64,000 nt of DNA from Camelus dromedarius (taxonomy: Eukaryota). Numbering within the stretch: position 1 is the stretch's first letter; each line of letters starts with the position of its first letter. Positions 40,326 to 54,790 of the stretch are shown here, in pieces. Location: NCBI RefSeq assembly GCF_036321535.1, contig NC_087437.1:97342001-97406000 (forward strand), given 5' to 3'. The translations under genes and the position numbers were made by a program. The notes beneath the pieces are model-generated. The model did no database searches, had not been told where the DNA came from, and saw only the letters and a list, made by a program, of their open reading frames with translations.

Positions 40326-42471
40326 ATGCATCTACAAAGGGAGGGATGCTCGGACATAGCTTGTCTGAGATTTGTTCTGTAGAAATTCAATTTCTATTGA
40401 ATGATTTTAAATGTGATGTCTAGATAAAGCATGTGAAGATAAAAAACAAAAAGGGTGACAATTATAGTTTGGCTCATCGATACGTTCCAGTGATTGAATT
40501 CTAGGTAATATAGCTGCTTTTTTTATAAGTTCAGCATCAAACTGACTATAAAACCAAAATGTATGGATATTTTAGTTTTATACTGTTTATGTGTGGGAGG
40601 TTTAATTCATTTGCTTCAAAGAGGCACAATTAATGGCTCCCGTAATTAAGGTGATTAATTAAATTTCACTATCATTCATCTACTTAGAGATTTAAAATGC
40701 TGTAAATGTTACTGCTTTCTAATTATTAATTATATAAACCTTGGAAGAACAATAGTATGTTCAATTTCAAATGACTGAAGTGTTATTCTATTAACAAATA
40801 TATGTGACAACTAAGAAATTAGGCTTTGCTAATTTCACTTTCATAAAATGTACACAGAAGAAAAACACATTATATACACTATGGGTATGTTTTTCCTATC
40901 AAATCTTACATTATCAAGTCATTTGAGATTTTTCACTGATTCAATTATCTATTCAAATAGTTAATATCATGTATAAATCAGAAAAGTTTTGATCTTGTAT
41001 TTTTCTCCTTTAAAAAATTTTAACGTCTAATGTTTTAACAACTTGAAGAAGGAAATATATGATTCCATCTTCCTATATCAATATTCAAAAATATAAAATC
41101 TACACTGTGTCACAGTATTGTCATTTGCAAGGTGTTTAGAGGTTATTCAGAAACAGAAGAGTTGCTGACAAATTACTTGTACAAAGAAAAGCTATTTTGG
41201 AAAAGCTCTCCGGTTGATTCCCATGTGCAGGCAGAGCTGAGAACCAGTGATTGAGGTGGTCACTGGAACAGTGTTTGGTCCAGTGCTCTAGCAACTGACA
41301 GAGGAGTAGACAGAGGGGAGGCAGCCTTCTGCCTGTCACAAACCTCTTCTTACAACAGGCCTGGGGGTCCCATCCCCATCCCCAGTCACTGATTCTACAC
41401 AGAACAGAGTAGAAAAGTGCTGAACCACTATTCAAACCTCGCCAATTAATTCTGCAAGAACCTCTGAGATTCCGCTCTTTGAGGATGTCATCTACCTTGC
41501 TAGAATGTGATCTTTATACATAGCATTGTGCCAGGACAGACTCACAAAATTTATTTCACTTTGCATCTTAGATATACATGTTTACAGAAAAAGGTGAGAT
41601 TATATGAGAAAATTCAAGATGAGGACAAAATTTGACATAATTATCTATATCCATTAAAGCAGATATTTTTAAACAGAAGAGTATACAGGATTATTTATTA
41701 CAATGCATACTTTCAGCTTTTTTACATTCTGAAACATTGTATCTACATTAAGTATAAATAAATATAAACCTAGGAAAAAAGATTAAATGTGGGCAAAGAA
41801 ATAAAATTAAATAATTTTATCTAGTTCTATTCTGAATTAATAGTGAACCCCAATTAGCTAGAAGAAAAAACATAATTGAGAATCTGAATTATCTCAATTG
41901 GTGATTAACATTAATCAAATAGGGCAGACAATTAACTGTACTAGGTTGATTTCCTTAATGTCCACTGACACAGTATGAAACGTCCGATCCATTCATCATT
42001 TGTACAATTTCTTATAACTAAAATGTGATCCCTTCCCTTTTCTCTTTTTTCTCCTCTTTTACTTTTTAAATCCTCCTTCTCAAGTCTATGAAAAACCTTT
42101 ACTGGCTCTTCAGTTTATACTGATCTTGTCCCTCCAAACTGTTCCAACATTCCACCGTGCCACTCTTTATAACACTTACAATTATTACGGTGCAATGAAT
42201 AGCCCTAAAAATACCAACACCAACAGTCATACTAATGAGTCCCACAAAATAGCTTATATATGATTTGATGTTAAGAAAGGCAGTGTTGGTTTTTTGAATT
42301 TTCTCTCTAAACAAATGTGACAAGTTACAAACACGTAAAATGTTACAAGTTCAAGTACTCCAAATTTAGAAAGATTTCCTGAGGGTTGCTTTAAATTTTA
42401 ATATGTCTCTTTAAGTTGACTTTTTTGTGATATATTTGTTCAGTACTAACTTTGAATAGACTACCAAAATC

Positions 42472-43340
42472 TGTGTTAGTTTCCTAGGACTGCCATAACA
42501 AATTACCACAAACTGGGTGGCTTAGACAACAGAAATTTATTCTCTCACAGTTGCAGAGACTAGGAGTCTGAAATCCAAGTCTTAGCAGGGCCATGCTCCC
42601 TCTGAAAGCTCTAGGAAAGAATGCTTCTTTGCCTTTTATAAGTTCTCATGGTCACTGGCAATCCTGAACATCTCTTGGTTTGCATCACCCCAATCTTGGC
42701 CTCCCTTGTCTTCTCTGTGTGTCCCTCCCCTTTCTCTTATGAAGACAGAGATCACTGGATTAGGGCTTACCTTAACTAATCCTGGATGATCTCTTTGTAA
42801 CCTGATTACATCTTCGAGAACCTCTTTCCAAATAAAGTCACATTCACAGGTATTGAGAGTTAGGACTTGATCATAACTTTTTAGGGACACAATTCAACCT
42901 ACCCACTCTCTGCCCCCCAAAGTCTATGGCTTTCCCATATGTAAAATGGTTTCATGACATCCTGGCACTCACCAAAGTCTTAACCCATTTCAGCATCAAC
43001 TCTAAGTCCAAACTCTCATCTAAATCACCTCAGTCAGGTATGGGTGAGACTCTGGGCATGACCCAACCTGGAAAAAAAAATTCTCTCCATCTGTGGACCT
43101 GTGCAACTGGAAACAAGTTGTCTGCTTCTGAAATATAATGGTGGAACATGCATTGGGTAGACATTACCATTCCAGAAAGGAATACTAGAAGGATAAAAAG
43201 GAGTTACTTACCTGAGTAAGTTCAAAAGCCAGCAGGGCGAATTCTGTTAGGTTTCTAAGCCTGAAAATAATTCTCTGTGGCTTGATAATCTGACCTCTCA
43301 ACACTCTGTAGTGACAGCCCTGCTTTCTAGGCCCATGGTG
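42472..43340 (-). mobile_element. MaLR LTR (MLT1C-like, about 42472-42905) plus adjoining MLT1 internal sequence
   Basis: tgtgttagtttcctaggactgccataacaaattaccacaaactgggtggc...gggacacaattcaacc, then aaagtcttaacccatttcagcatcaactctaagtcc...ggtatgggtgagactc...gacattaccattccagaaagg. Confidence 0.85.
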
Positions 43341-44744
43341 ACAGAATATTAGCATATTAGGAAAAAAAAACCCTTACCTTGAATATACTTTTAAACAAGG
43401 TCATTTCAGATTTATATTTAGATCAATATTTAATGTAATTAATATACACATTCATGTACAGTGTCATGGAATGTTAAGATACAATAGTATATACATCCTT
43501 TTAAAATCAATATTTCCTATTATCCATACGTTCTTGGTAAAACTAGAAAAGAAAATAGAAAATTGAATAAGCAACCATAACAGCAGCAACATACCTAGTA
43601 ATAAATTAGATAATAGTTAAAGGGATGGAGTATATGTAAAATGGGACAGTATGCAGCTTGCAAAATAAATACTGTCAAACAATATGAGACTGATCTATAA
43701 GGTACATTTAGTTAAGATAAAGCAGTAATCAAAGCACCTACATATTAATTTATGCTTATCCCTGGGTTGTGAGAGTATGTGCACTTTAAATGTTCTGTAT
43801 TCAGTTTTTATATTTGGGACATAAATTTGTATTTATATAGGAGAAGATAACGGTGGGTGTCTCCTTAATAGCATGTGCCAGCCCATTCTCCTTGCCTGCC
43901 CCCTGCTGCAGAGACTGCAAAAGCCTTAAATTCAGTCCCACTTGCCTCGCCTCTTGTATCTAGGCTTTGCCAGTATGAACAAGAACTGTCAATAAGAAAT
44001 AAGAGAAGATACAATAAGGGCTTCTGAGAAATGGTATCTTCCTAATAAAAGAAGAGAGGACAGGAAGGGCTCTCATGCTGCCTCATTTACCCTACTCTCT
44101 GCCTTGCATGCAACGTATGAAATGTGAGCCCTGAGACAAAAGTTTCTGGCACTAAGGAGCTGCTAAAACGCCCCTGGAGACACCTGTGTCAGAGCTAGAC
44201 ACCTGTGTCAGAGCTGTACACCTCCAGAAACACTTTCAATTATGAGAGCAACAATAAATATTTTTTAAAATATGATTAAAAATAGAAAAACTGTAACGGC
44301 AGTTGAGTTCAAAAGTCACTGCCACTGTAGAGTCAAGGTATTCTCTATACTGGCTTCTTCACGGAGGAAATTAAAACACTTACATAACATAGACCCAAGG
44401 TGTAAAGCCTGAGAAGTTGCAGCCTGCTATTGTTTCTAACAATGAAAGTTCACTAAGATAATATAGAACATTACTATGACATTTTTATATCTAGGTGATT
44501 CCACTAATTGATCTTAATTATTTTGGTAATAAATAATCATTGAGCCAATAAGTCAAATGCTGGGGAATGGAAAACTGTCTTTAGAATGTTTAAGTCACTT
44601 TTATATTAAAAAAAAAAACCATCTATCACAATTCAGTGGAGAAATTTTAAGAAAATAAATGTTCCTCTAGTATTAGGAAAAATTCAGCTCTCATTATAGT
44701 TTTTGGTGCATTTTTCTCTAATGACCTTATTTTAATTTCTGCTC

Positions 44745-45900
44745 AGTTGATATATATTTATTTTGAGTGCCTATGATGTGCCAAACATTTCACTTACTGT
44801 TGTGATCAACAAATGTACTCATAAGACAACAGGCAAGGATCCCCACTCTTAGAGAATGCATGCTCTAGAAGGTCAATTGAAAAATACAATTTCTACTTTT
44901 AGTTAAATCATTGCAAATGTATCTATGGTGTGAAGACATGTAGGGTGAGAGGCTGCAGGAGGGCTTACCCTAGCTTAGAGGGTCGAGAGAGACAAGAGCC
45001 ATACATAGCAGCTCTCAATAATACTGCCTCAACCGAAGACTAAACTGAGAACTAAAGCTGAGTGAGGTCATATAGATAAAGAAAGAGCAGTAGAATGGAC
45101 GAGACAACTCTCAGCAGAGAGAAAAGTTATGGATGGGAGGGTCAGTGTGGCTGGTGTACAATGAAGGAGACAGACACGTGAGGAGACCTGAGGCTGGGCA
45201 TGGATCGAAAGGGCCAAGATAACATGGGGACTTGTAAGCAATGGGAAGCTTCCAAAGAGCATTAACCATGAGCATAATATGATCAGATACTTTCATTTGA
45301 TTTATCAGTCTGGTATATTCCCTGTGGAGAACAAAATGAAGAAAGTCAAACTGGCACCCTGGGAGAACATTTAATATCCCCTAATCCCTTGGCGTTGTAA
45401 CGGCGGTTTGCAAAATTGGTGTAATACAAAAAGTGAAGATAAGAAAACGATTAGATGTACCCGATTCAATATAGAAAGTGACTATGAGAGGCGTTTTAAA
45501 AGTGACTCCTAGATTTCTGGATTAAGAAAATGGATGGATTGATGTGATGTTTATGGCTAAATAAGAAGACTCCCGAAATAACCCAGCACCTGGGAAGGAT
45601 GGTGCACTGAACACGGAATGAATACCTTTGAGGTATCTGTGTGTCATCCACATGTAGGTACTGGGTGCTTAATTTGACCTATAGGATTGGATCTGAGAGA
45701 AGAGGCTTGGGGGTCAGCAGTTCACAGTACCAATTTAGGTTATTGGTGTAAGAACATAAACAGAGAACATGCAACTTAAAAGATAGTAAGACTTGAGGTC
45801 AAACAATTAGGAACACTAAAGAGTTGGTACGAAGAGGTAGATGAAGTATAAAAGATCTTGAAGTAAAATGGCTAGAGACATAGAGAGGTGGTTTTTGTTG
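44745..45900 (-). mobile_element. Degenerate L2 fragments
   Basis: tattttgagtgcctatgatgtgccaa; agcataatatgatcagatactttcatt; gtgactcctagatttctgg. Confidence 0.5.
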
Positions 45901-46019
45901 CTGTTGTTTGAAAAGAGTGTATGTTTGCAAAGCAGAAACAGTTCTGTTCCTATCTAAAGTACTTCTGGTAATGTGTTGATGATAAAAGTCAGGTTGAAAT
46001 AAGTTGCGGGATAAGTGGG

Positions 46020-46105
46020 CATAACAATCAGAGTTCTCCAGAGAAACAGAATCAATAGGATATATAAAGTTGTATGTGTGTATGTATATATATGTGTGTG
46101 TGTAT

Positions 46106-46156
<51 letters not shown>

Positions 46157-46603
46157 GGATTTATTATGAGGGATTGGCTTATGCAATTATGGAAGCTGAG
46201 AAGTCCCACGATCTGTTGTCTGCAAGCTGGAGACTTGGCAAAATTACTGGTGTAGTTCCAGTCCACACCTAAAGGCCTGAGAACCAGGTAAGCCAATGGT
46301 ATAAACCCTGGTCTGAGTCTGAAGGCCCAAGAACTAGGAGCACCAATGCATAAGGGCAAGAAAAGATGAATTTCCAGGCAGAGAGCAAATTTGCCCGTTC
46401 TCTACCTTTTTGTTCTATTCAAGCTTTTAGTAGATTGGATGATGCTCACCTACACTGGTGAGGGATTGACTGACTCCATCTATAGATTCAAATGCAAAAC
46501 ACTTCCAGAAACATCTTCACAGATAGACCCAGAAATAATGTTTTAGCAACTATCAGGGCATCCCTTAGCCCAGTCAATTTGACACATAAAATTAAACATC
46601 ACA
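46020..46603 (-). mobile_element. ERVL solo LTR (MLT2B-like) containing a (TG)n microsatellite at about 46075-46152
   Basis: cagagttctccagagaaacagaatcaataggata...gctgagaagtcccacgatctg...ggcctgagaaccagg...gacacataaaattaaacatcaca. Confidence 0.9.
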
Positions 46604-48813
46604 GTGGGGAAATGAGAAAATGAAGTACGTGAATTTAACAGACTAGTAACAGTTTACCTTTGAATTGGAGAAAAGAGATAAGACATAATAAGAGAAACAT
46701 AGTGCTGATGTGTAGATTGTATTTGTTTTATTTTTAAGCAAAAGAGAATAAAGCAAATGTATAGGCTGATGGGAAGGATCCAGTAGATACTGTATTTCAA
46801 TGGATCCCCACTGGGTTGTGAGCTGCCTAAGGGCAGGGACCCTCTTCTGCTACATTGGAGCTCAATCCAGAAATGAATTTTGAATAAATGTATGAAATTA
46901 ATAAAAGAATGAATGAATGAATCCAGTGGAGAGAGGAAGGTTAAATTATCTGGAGAGAAATTAGTAATCAATGACACAAGATTCTGAAGAAGGCTTGTAA
47001 AAGATAAAGGGTAGTTTTTTCTTTCAAAAGATAGTGAAGAAGATAAATTAGTGGAGATACAAGTAGGTTAGCCAATATGGTAGATGGTGGCTGAGCATAG
47101 TATCATCTATTTTCTCTGTGAAATAAAAGGCTGGGGTATATACTGAGGGTGATGGGGGAAAGGGAGGGAGTGACAGGTTTGAAATAGCTATAGAAGAGAT
47201 GGAGAAGAGAACTCACAAGAGCAAAGTGGGAGGCTTGACAGGCAGTATTGGGAAAGGCTAGTGGAAATCTATGATCATGAAATATGTAAGAATAATTAAA
47301 CACCATTGATATATTGTTAATAGTGCCCACATTTCAAATGGAATTACTGTTCAAGTGATCTGTGCGTGAACTTTGAATAGGAAACAATTTAGATACAAGT
47401 GTTTCTGACATGTGACCATAGTTTATATTTGTAATCCATGCACTGTTTCCAACTTTGCATCAAGCTTGGCCTCATTCAAGTAATTACATTTAACTATATA
47501 GTCCTTTCCAGGTTGAAAATTTCAAACAAAGATCTAACTCATTTAAACGACTGCAGGTCCAAATATATTTCCTGCTGTTGCAGCAGCAGTTGCAGAAAGC
47601 ATCAGCCTAGCTGATCTGCACTGAGCTTGCGTCCAGGAAATTAAATTTCTAGAATCTGAAATAGGCTAAAGATGTCAAAACATCCTTAATCGTGGTCTTC
47701 TCACCCTCTTACACTCAAGTCTACTAGTCTTTGTGAGCTACATATACTGGGAATGTCTAAAATTCTAATACCGATAGTACGATTCTTGAGAATTTTTCTA
47801 CTTTAAAAATCTAAAAAAATTTAAAGCTTAAAAAAACCCTGTTTTTCTTAGGGATGCTTCTGAATACTCTGTACCTGCAGCTGATAACTTTGCGCGAAAG
47901 CTGAGACCACAACCTGGCTGACTGATGCTCGGCACCACCAGGACTGAGGTTGGATAAAACATTTACGATGTTAGCAGTTGACACTGAACAAGTGCTTAAA
48001 TCCATGCATGTATTTTATTAATGGAGACCCACATTTTTTGAGAATCCTGCATAGAGAATAGCTAACAACAAATTAAAATTGTCAAGTACTTCTACTGAGT
48101 CAATAAATTTCAGTATTGTTCACAAAGGGCATACTGGTTTTGATTTAATCTGTTTTACTACTTGTCACTGCTTGAATACCACACGTGATGTTACATCTTT
48201 GTTTATATGTTATAATAAGATTTAATCTGTTACTAAGTACCAAACCCTTATACGGAAGATTGCCTTGTCCTTGTTTCTTAGACCTGAAATCAGATTGCTT
48301 GACCATGTAAGTACACAAATGTTTGTTGAATTAAATTGAATAATAAAGTCACTAACTGCTCTAGGCCAGAAACTGTTAGAGGCGAAGGATGCAGAGATAA
48401 ATAAACACCTTCCCAAACCCCAATCTCATAACAGGCACAGGCAGGAGATAGTAAATGAAGCTACAGATGGATGGGCAACTGCAGAAATGGGGTCAAGGAA
48501 GTCATCAAAGGAGAAATAAAATCTGAACCGGCTTTTGTAGAATAAAGAGCTGTTAACCTCTCAAGCAAGGGGTAGTGGACATTACAAACAAAGTGAACAG
48601 TGTTTGCCAAACCACAGAAGGGCGAGAGAGCAGAGGGCACAAAAAGATTCACAGGACTGCACTTACAGTGCAAAATATAGGAAAAGGAAAGTGAAGAGGG
48701 TAATCAAAGAAAGCGAAGAGTAAGTAAGACACGGTTATAAGTGGCCTTTATGTGTATCACTGAGGGGATTGTGCTGCATTTAGTTACCTAAATTCTCAAT
48801 AGAGGAGGGAGGG

Positions 48814-48931
48814 TGTGTTAGTGTTTTAGGGTGGCCATAACCAAAAACCACCAACTGGGTGATCTCAAACAACAGAAGCGTACTGTGTCACAGTTCTGGA
48901 AGCTCGAAGTCTGAAATCAGGATGTTGGCAG
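48814..48931 (-). mobile_element. MLT1 LTR fragment
   Basis: tgtgttagtgttttagggtggccataacc...cacagttctggaagctcgaagtctgaaatcaggatgttggcag; homologous to 42472-42590. Confidence 0.8.
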
Positions 48932-51276
48932 TGCTCTGAATGCAGTAGTTAATAACACAGAAAAGGGTGAGATCACAGAGGAAAAAGTGTAAAGTAAGTG
49001 CAAGGAAGAGGGCCATGGAGAGAACATTCCTGGGTATACAGAGGAATACAGAGGAGGAGAGCTGGGGCAGAGACACAGAAGGATCCTACGTGGGGAGAAG
49101 ATGATACTGGCTAATGTTTATGCAGCAAAACAGGGAGGACTAGTGAGACAAGCTCAAACAGTCATTAATTTGACAATTAATGGGTCATTCCTAGTCTTTA
49201 TGGCCTCAAGTAGACGTAGACCACCATTGTTGTAACATTAGAAGGGAGTGCTGTGGTAAGGTAATTTTAGAAAGAGAAATGCAAGGCAATGTATATTTAT
49301 AGGAAGAGAGAAACTTTGAGGCCACTGAGTCAAGTCAAGAACGGTAGACACCAAGTGCACTGGACCCCGTCAGAAAGAAGGGCCTCATTTTCAGCGACTG
49401 GAGGGGAAGATGTAAGAATGCGTGGATACCCAGATAAGCTAGTTACTGGTGGAAGTGTGAGAAGATCGGGAAGCTGACACCTGAAAACATTATTCTTTGC
49501 TTTTTAGGAGAAGGCTTGATTGCTAGAGAAAGGTGTGGTGGGTGGCTGTTGGCGGCAATCTCACTGGGTGTCATCCAGCCACGAGGTTATTAGCTAAGTA
49601 AGGCTGGAGCCTCCTGATGTGCGGGCACAGACGTGGGCTGTTTCTGTCTCAGCACACACAGGTACCACTGCTGTTGGGGTATTTCTTCTTCTTTCCAGAA
49701 AACTGTTTACATTAATGTTTGTAACCTAAAGTTATAGAAGTGCCTTAGGTGGATATTTTTAGGTATTGTTCCTCTGTAAGTATCATTTCATAAATAAACC
49801 TTCTAGAAACTTGTAGTACCTCCTACTTCTTTCATAATGTTAAGCTAGGATAAAAACAAAACAAAAAGTAACTGCTAATCCTGATGTGAATGCAGAGAAA
49901 ATGGATAGTTTTTTAAAAAGAAAGCATTTGTGTGTACCTGTGTTTCATTTTAGCCTACACAATTCCTATTACTGATTCTACTTAAAATTCAGATTTTATA
50001 ACATATACCAACCATCTATGTAATCTTTTCATTTGATTCACATTAAGAGCAACTGATTAAACTGAAGAAACTTAATCGAATGTTGATATTTATGTGACCC
50101 ACAAAAGAATAATGTAGTGTCACTTGTTACCATTTGTTTCACATTTGCAATTATAATATATATTGATACAAAATCAACTGAATCATTTAGTAATTTTAGT
50201 TTGAAAAAAAAAGGTTTAATTTAGAATCTACAAAAATAACCAGACATTTTCTGGTTTTTAAAAATGAGTTCAGTATTTATTTATGGATCCTGTGAGTTAT
50301 TTATTTCAGCATTAAAATCTGGAAGCTCTCATCAAATTTTCCTAATAGTAAACTGGTTTAGACCATAGTCTTTAGGTTTCCTAAGACATTGATATAATTT
50401 ACTTAAAGTAAAATATTGCAACAAATGGAGGGAACAAATAAAACTCTGGTTTAGAACACTAATGTATGGATACAAGAATAAACATTGAGTATTTCATGAA
50501 TATGAAATATTTCTTTTTTAATAATTCACCATTAAATGTATTTAGCTTATAATTTTCTTCAAACATCACGGCTTGTCTTCCAAGGAGAATGTCTGAAATG
50601 TACTATTTCCAAATTATTATGAATCTCTTTTAGAAAAACTAAGATAAAGGGCTTAGGATATAATGATCTATGCAGAGAAATGCTTCAAGCTTCAGGATGA
50701 CCCTGGAGGAAGACATGGCACTGTCCCTGGGCAGTCTATTTATGGAACTTCTCTTGGTGTCATAACCCCTAAAAAATTGCTGCTGTCATAACCCATTCGC
50801 TGCCCTGTATGTGCTGCAGCAATTGTGTATAAATCAAATCTTTATAAATTGAGTTATTATAAATGAAACAGGAAATATAATAAGGAATCCTTCAGTAGGC
50901 TGATAAAGTCATTCACAAAGTAATCACCTGATATCTCATGTTTTCTCTACACCCACACATTTTTTTCCCCCTAATTCAGATATATTTGGGAATTAGAATT
51001 CAATCATAGGTCCTTTTTACCAAGACGGGTACATTAACAGTCTCAACATTATGCAACATTCTTAGTTAATAAATTAAAGAAATAGAAAGTATTCTGTAGA
51101 AGCAAAAATTGTTCTACTTTTTTTCCTCTGGAGTGTATTGAGCATATTATCAAAAAGATAGATCATTCTTTAAACAAAATCTAAAAACCATCCAGGCTAT
51201 GGTTTGGAGGTAAAAATAAGAGCCCAGTATCAAAAAAAAAATTATTATGTGTGTACTCAAAAGAACTGTTAGAAAG

Positions 51277-51415
51277 CAATGCTTCTCAAATATTCATGTG
51301 CAGAAGGATGACCTGGGCCTGTGTTAAAGCCAAGGTCTGGGCTGGGGCCTGGGATTCCAAAGTCTAGCAAAAGCTAAAATAGGGCTGATTCTGCAGATCA
51401 CACATTTGGCAACAA
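51277..51415 (+). mobile_element. MER5-like hAT fragment
   Basis: caatgcttctcaaatattcatgtgcagaaggatgacctggg...ggtctgggctggggcctgggattc. Confidence 0.6.
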
Positions 51416-51532
51416 AGCAGGAGAGATTCCTTTTATCCTTGGACTAAGTGTTTGCAGTCCTTGAAAGTAATAATCTTATTTCCAAAATTATTCAAGAAAA
51501 AATGTAGTTTTAAAAACTAAAACATCATTATA

Positions 51533-51647
51533 GGGAGGATATAGTACAAGTGCTGGAGCACGAGGTCCCGGGTTCAATCCCCAGGGCCGCCTCTAAAATA
51601 AAGAAATAAACCTAATTACCTCCCCCCACCAAAATTAAAAAAAAAAA
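51533..51647 (+). mobile_element. Camelid-type tRNA SINE (Vic-1-like), internally shortened
   Basis: gggaggatatagtacaagtgctggagcacgaggtcccgggttcaatcccc...aataaacctaattacctcccccc plus A-tail. Confidence 0.85.
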
Positions 51648-53479
51648 TCCTGAATAATACTATCAAAAATAGGGCCCATTCTGATCCTTATATGAGAAAA
51701 AGTCTATTAGAAATATTTTATTAGCTATGCTGAGATTTACTTGAGGTGCCCAGAATGTATAAAGCAGAGTCATAAGCAAAATAAGCACAGATACTTTTTC
51801 AAAAAAGACAAACATTTCTGTTTTCTTAGAAAAACAGTAAATGAAGGATTAGTGATAACATGGGTCATAATTTTAAAAACAAACAAACAAAAGTGATACA
51901 ATTATCCTGCCCCTGTGCTTTCATGTTTGGTGCTCTTTGCATTAATGGCACCGCAACACAGGGAACAGAGCCAAGGACAGGCAACCAGTGATGTGTTGGC
52001 AGCTTCAATGCCTCAGAATTCCCCAAAGGTCCTGATTTCCTTTGCATTCAACAAACATACTTCCAGGAAGAGGAAAGGATTACCAGATTTTATAAAATCA
52101 GGTCTTTAAACCATTCCAGATTCATTGTGTTGAACTGATAAACTAAATTATGGAACACCAAATTTAGAAGAACAGAGCAATGCTGGTGAGCACTGACACC
52201 CAGGCCTCCTTAACTGCTCACTGCCTCTGGAGTGGGGTGAAGATGCAGAGATGTTTAGCCCTGAGATGGATAGTAATGCCTTCTGGACTTCCATGGGCTT
52301 TCCTTGCTGTGAGTAGGTTTACTTTTATAATTGTTGTAACAGATCATCTTCTCATTTAACTTTGCCAAATGTAGGCAAGCAATGGACCTTAATGCTATAG
52401 GAACATGTCATTAAATTGATTTTTAAGTTCAGATTGCTTTTCAAAGTTATCAAGGCCTGAGGCAAGCAGTTTGTTTACCTCCAGAGAGAAGAAAATGACT
52501 GAATAAAAATAAGTTAAAAAACAAAGGAGGCACAAGAAGACAGTGGAATCAAAAGTAGTCTTCTATTAAAGATCACAGCAGGGGCATCCTTTCCTTTGTC
52601 TCGGCTGAGCTGGGACTCAGATAATAAACTGATTTGAGAGAATAAAGTAACAGGTAGTAAATGATTTTTAAAAGCTGGTCCAAACTTTGCATAGAATTAT
52701 TACAACTGTATCTCTAAGATACCTTAGAGAACATTTAGTTTTTCTCACTCAATTTTCAGATAAGAGAAAATATTTAGAAATATACGACAATTGCCCCTCA
52801 ACATCCCCATTCCTTCACTGCCACCCTCAAGACACAGGGCACACACCAGCTCACAGTGCACCACACACACTCAATCTCAGGACCTAGAAAACATATGTGA
52901 TGCTAAAATTATTTCATTATGTGTTTAAAATTAATGCATTACATGTAAAGAATCTCCATCATCCCTAAATTATTTCAAATACATCCTTAATATTAATGAT
53001 AACTATTTGGCCACATCTGATACTAAATAGATTTTAGATCCATCTTACGAGGAGAAGTAATTAAAATTTTGATAGTTTTATTGAATTTCTTAGCCCAAAG
53101 TTACTTTACTGTTAAGGAATCTCAAAGTTTGCTGAATTTGCTTTAAAAGCTTTCATGCTTGGGATGAACTGTCTATTTTAGGGGATTACATTCCAAATAT
53201 TATTTTGGATAATAATTCAAACAGTTATTTGGGACGAATGCACTTTAACTTTACATTTAGATAATTCTCAGCACATTTTCAAGGTAAAAGAAATACCTAG
53301 CTTTTACTTGGCCCATATTTACCATAATCATAGAATTTTAAAATTAAAAAAACTTAGAGTTTATGTATTCTGCAGATGTGTAGTTTTTGGTATTTAAAAT
53401 CACAAGATTGAATAAAATATGATGTTTCTGAGACTCTACTTCAAACAGTAAGTCCACACTCGGTTTTGGATGTAAGAAA

Positions 53480-53812
53480 TAGCAATGAGTAGGGAAGTGG
53501 GGGATAAACAGTTGGGGTGAGGAGGATTTGGGGGGCAATGAATACACTCTGATACCATAACGATGGATATATGTCAGTATGCATTTGTCCAAAACCACAG
53601 AATGTGCAATGCCATGAGTGAATCCTAATGTATCGACCTTAAGTGATTATACTGTGTCAATGTAGGTTCAATTGTTAACAAATGTACCACTTTGTGGGGT
53701 ATGTTGATGGGTGGGGCTATGTATGTGTGTGAGAAGAGGGTACCTGGGAAATCTGTGTACCTTCCTCTTAATTGTGCTGTAAATATAAAACTCCTCTGAA
53801 AAATAAAGTTAA
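53480..53812 (+). mobile_element. Old LINE-1 3'UTR (L1MC1-like)
   Basis: catttgtccaaaaccacagaatgtgcaa...gtcaatgtaggttca...acaaatgtaccact...gggaaatctgtgtaccttcc...aaaaataaagt. Confidence 0.85.
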
Positions 53813-54632
53813 AAATTGAGCAGGAAATAATCTTTTAATTCAATCTGTCAGGAAAGCAATACAACAGAAAAAAAGCTTTTTTTTTTTAGCAGTCAGCTAT
53901 AACAAAAGACATTGGCTTTACTTTTATTTTGAAGTATATTAAGATTTTTAGAAGTCATTGAAAATCTGACTTAAATTTAACATTTTTTTTGTCCTTGTGG
54001 AATGCACAGCCCCCACTGTTGGTATCACGGATCCTTAATGAGTATCTGTTGAATAAATGACATTTGATTCCTCATTAAGTACTTAAATTAAAATGATTTG
54101 GAAAAAATACTTAAAACACTTATCATACTTAAACAAAATGGAAATATTAAGAAGTATGGTTGCTTCCTGTTAGATGGAAATGAGAATATTTACAAAATAG
54201 AATGGAGTCTATTCTTTTAACCTTTCTAAGATTAAGTGTATTGACTCCAAAAAAAGATTGCAAGAAGTTAATATTTTGACATTCCTGGTCAAGGAAGAGG
54301 GAAATAGGACTGTGCATTAATTATCAGTTTAAGAGCCAAATCAGTGAAAAATGCCAGGATGATTGAATTATTTGTACTGACGATTGAGGACTGTGATTAG
54401 AGTGAGGAAGGGAGAGTAGCTGAGCCATGGAGATAAGAATGGGGTTGTGCTGGCTTGGTAATCTTCAGATTTGAAGATGAAGAGAACTCAGCCAGAGGAA
54501 AGTTAGGATTTTAGAGTCCAAAGATTTGTTTTCCGCCAGTCTTTTATATGGGCATTGCTTGCCCACATTTTTGCTTAACACTGTGATGAAGGTAAAATAC
54601 AAGCAAAACACTGTTTCATAAGTTAAGAAAAT

Positions 54633-54790
54633 GGGGGGAAGGAATAGCTCAAGTGTTAAAGCGCATGCTTAGCATACACAAGGTCCTGGGTTCAATCCCC
54701 AGTACTCCCTCTAAAAAAATAAACAAATAAGTAAACCTAATGACCTCCTCTCCCTAAAAAGTAAATTAAAAAAATTTTTTTAAATATTAA
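54633..54790 (+). mobile_element. Camelid-type tRNA SINE (Vic-1-like)
   Basis: ggggggaaggaatagctcaagtgttaaagcgcatgcttagcatacacaaggtcctgggttcaatccccagtac; flanking ttaagaaaat on both sides is a probable TSD. Confidence 0.9.

Noticed and set aside
45799..46359. 186-aa ORF and overlapping CV/HT-repeat ORFs
   Set aside because: Runs through an MLT2 LTR and a (TG)n microsatellite
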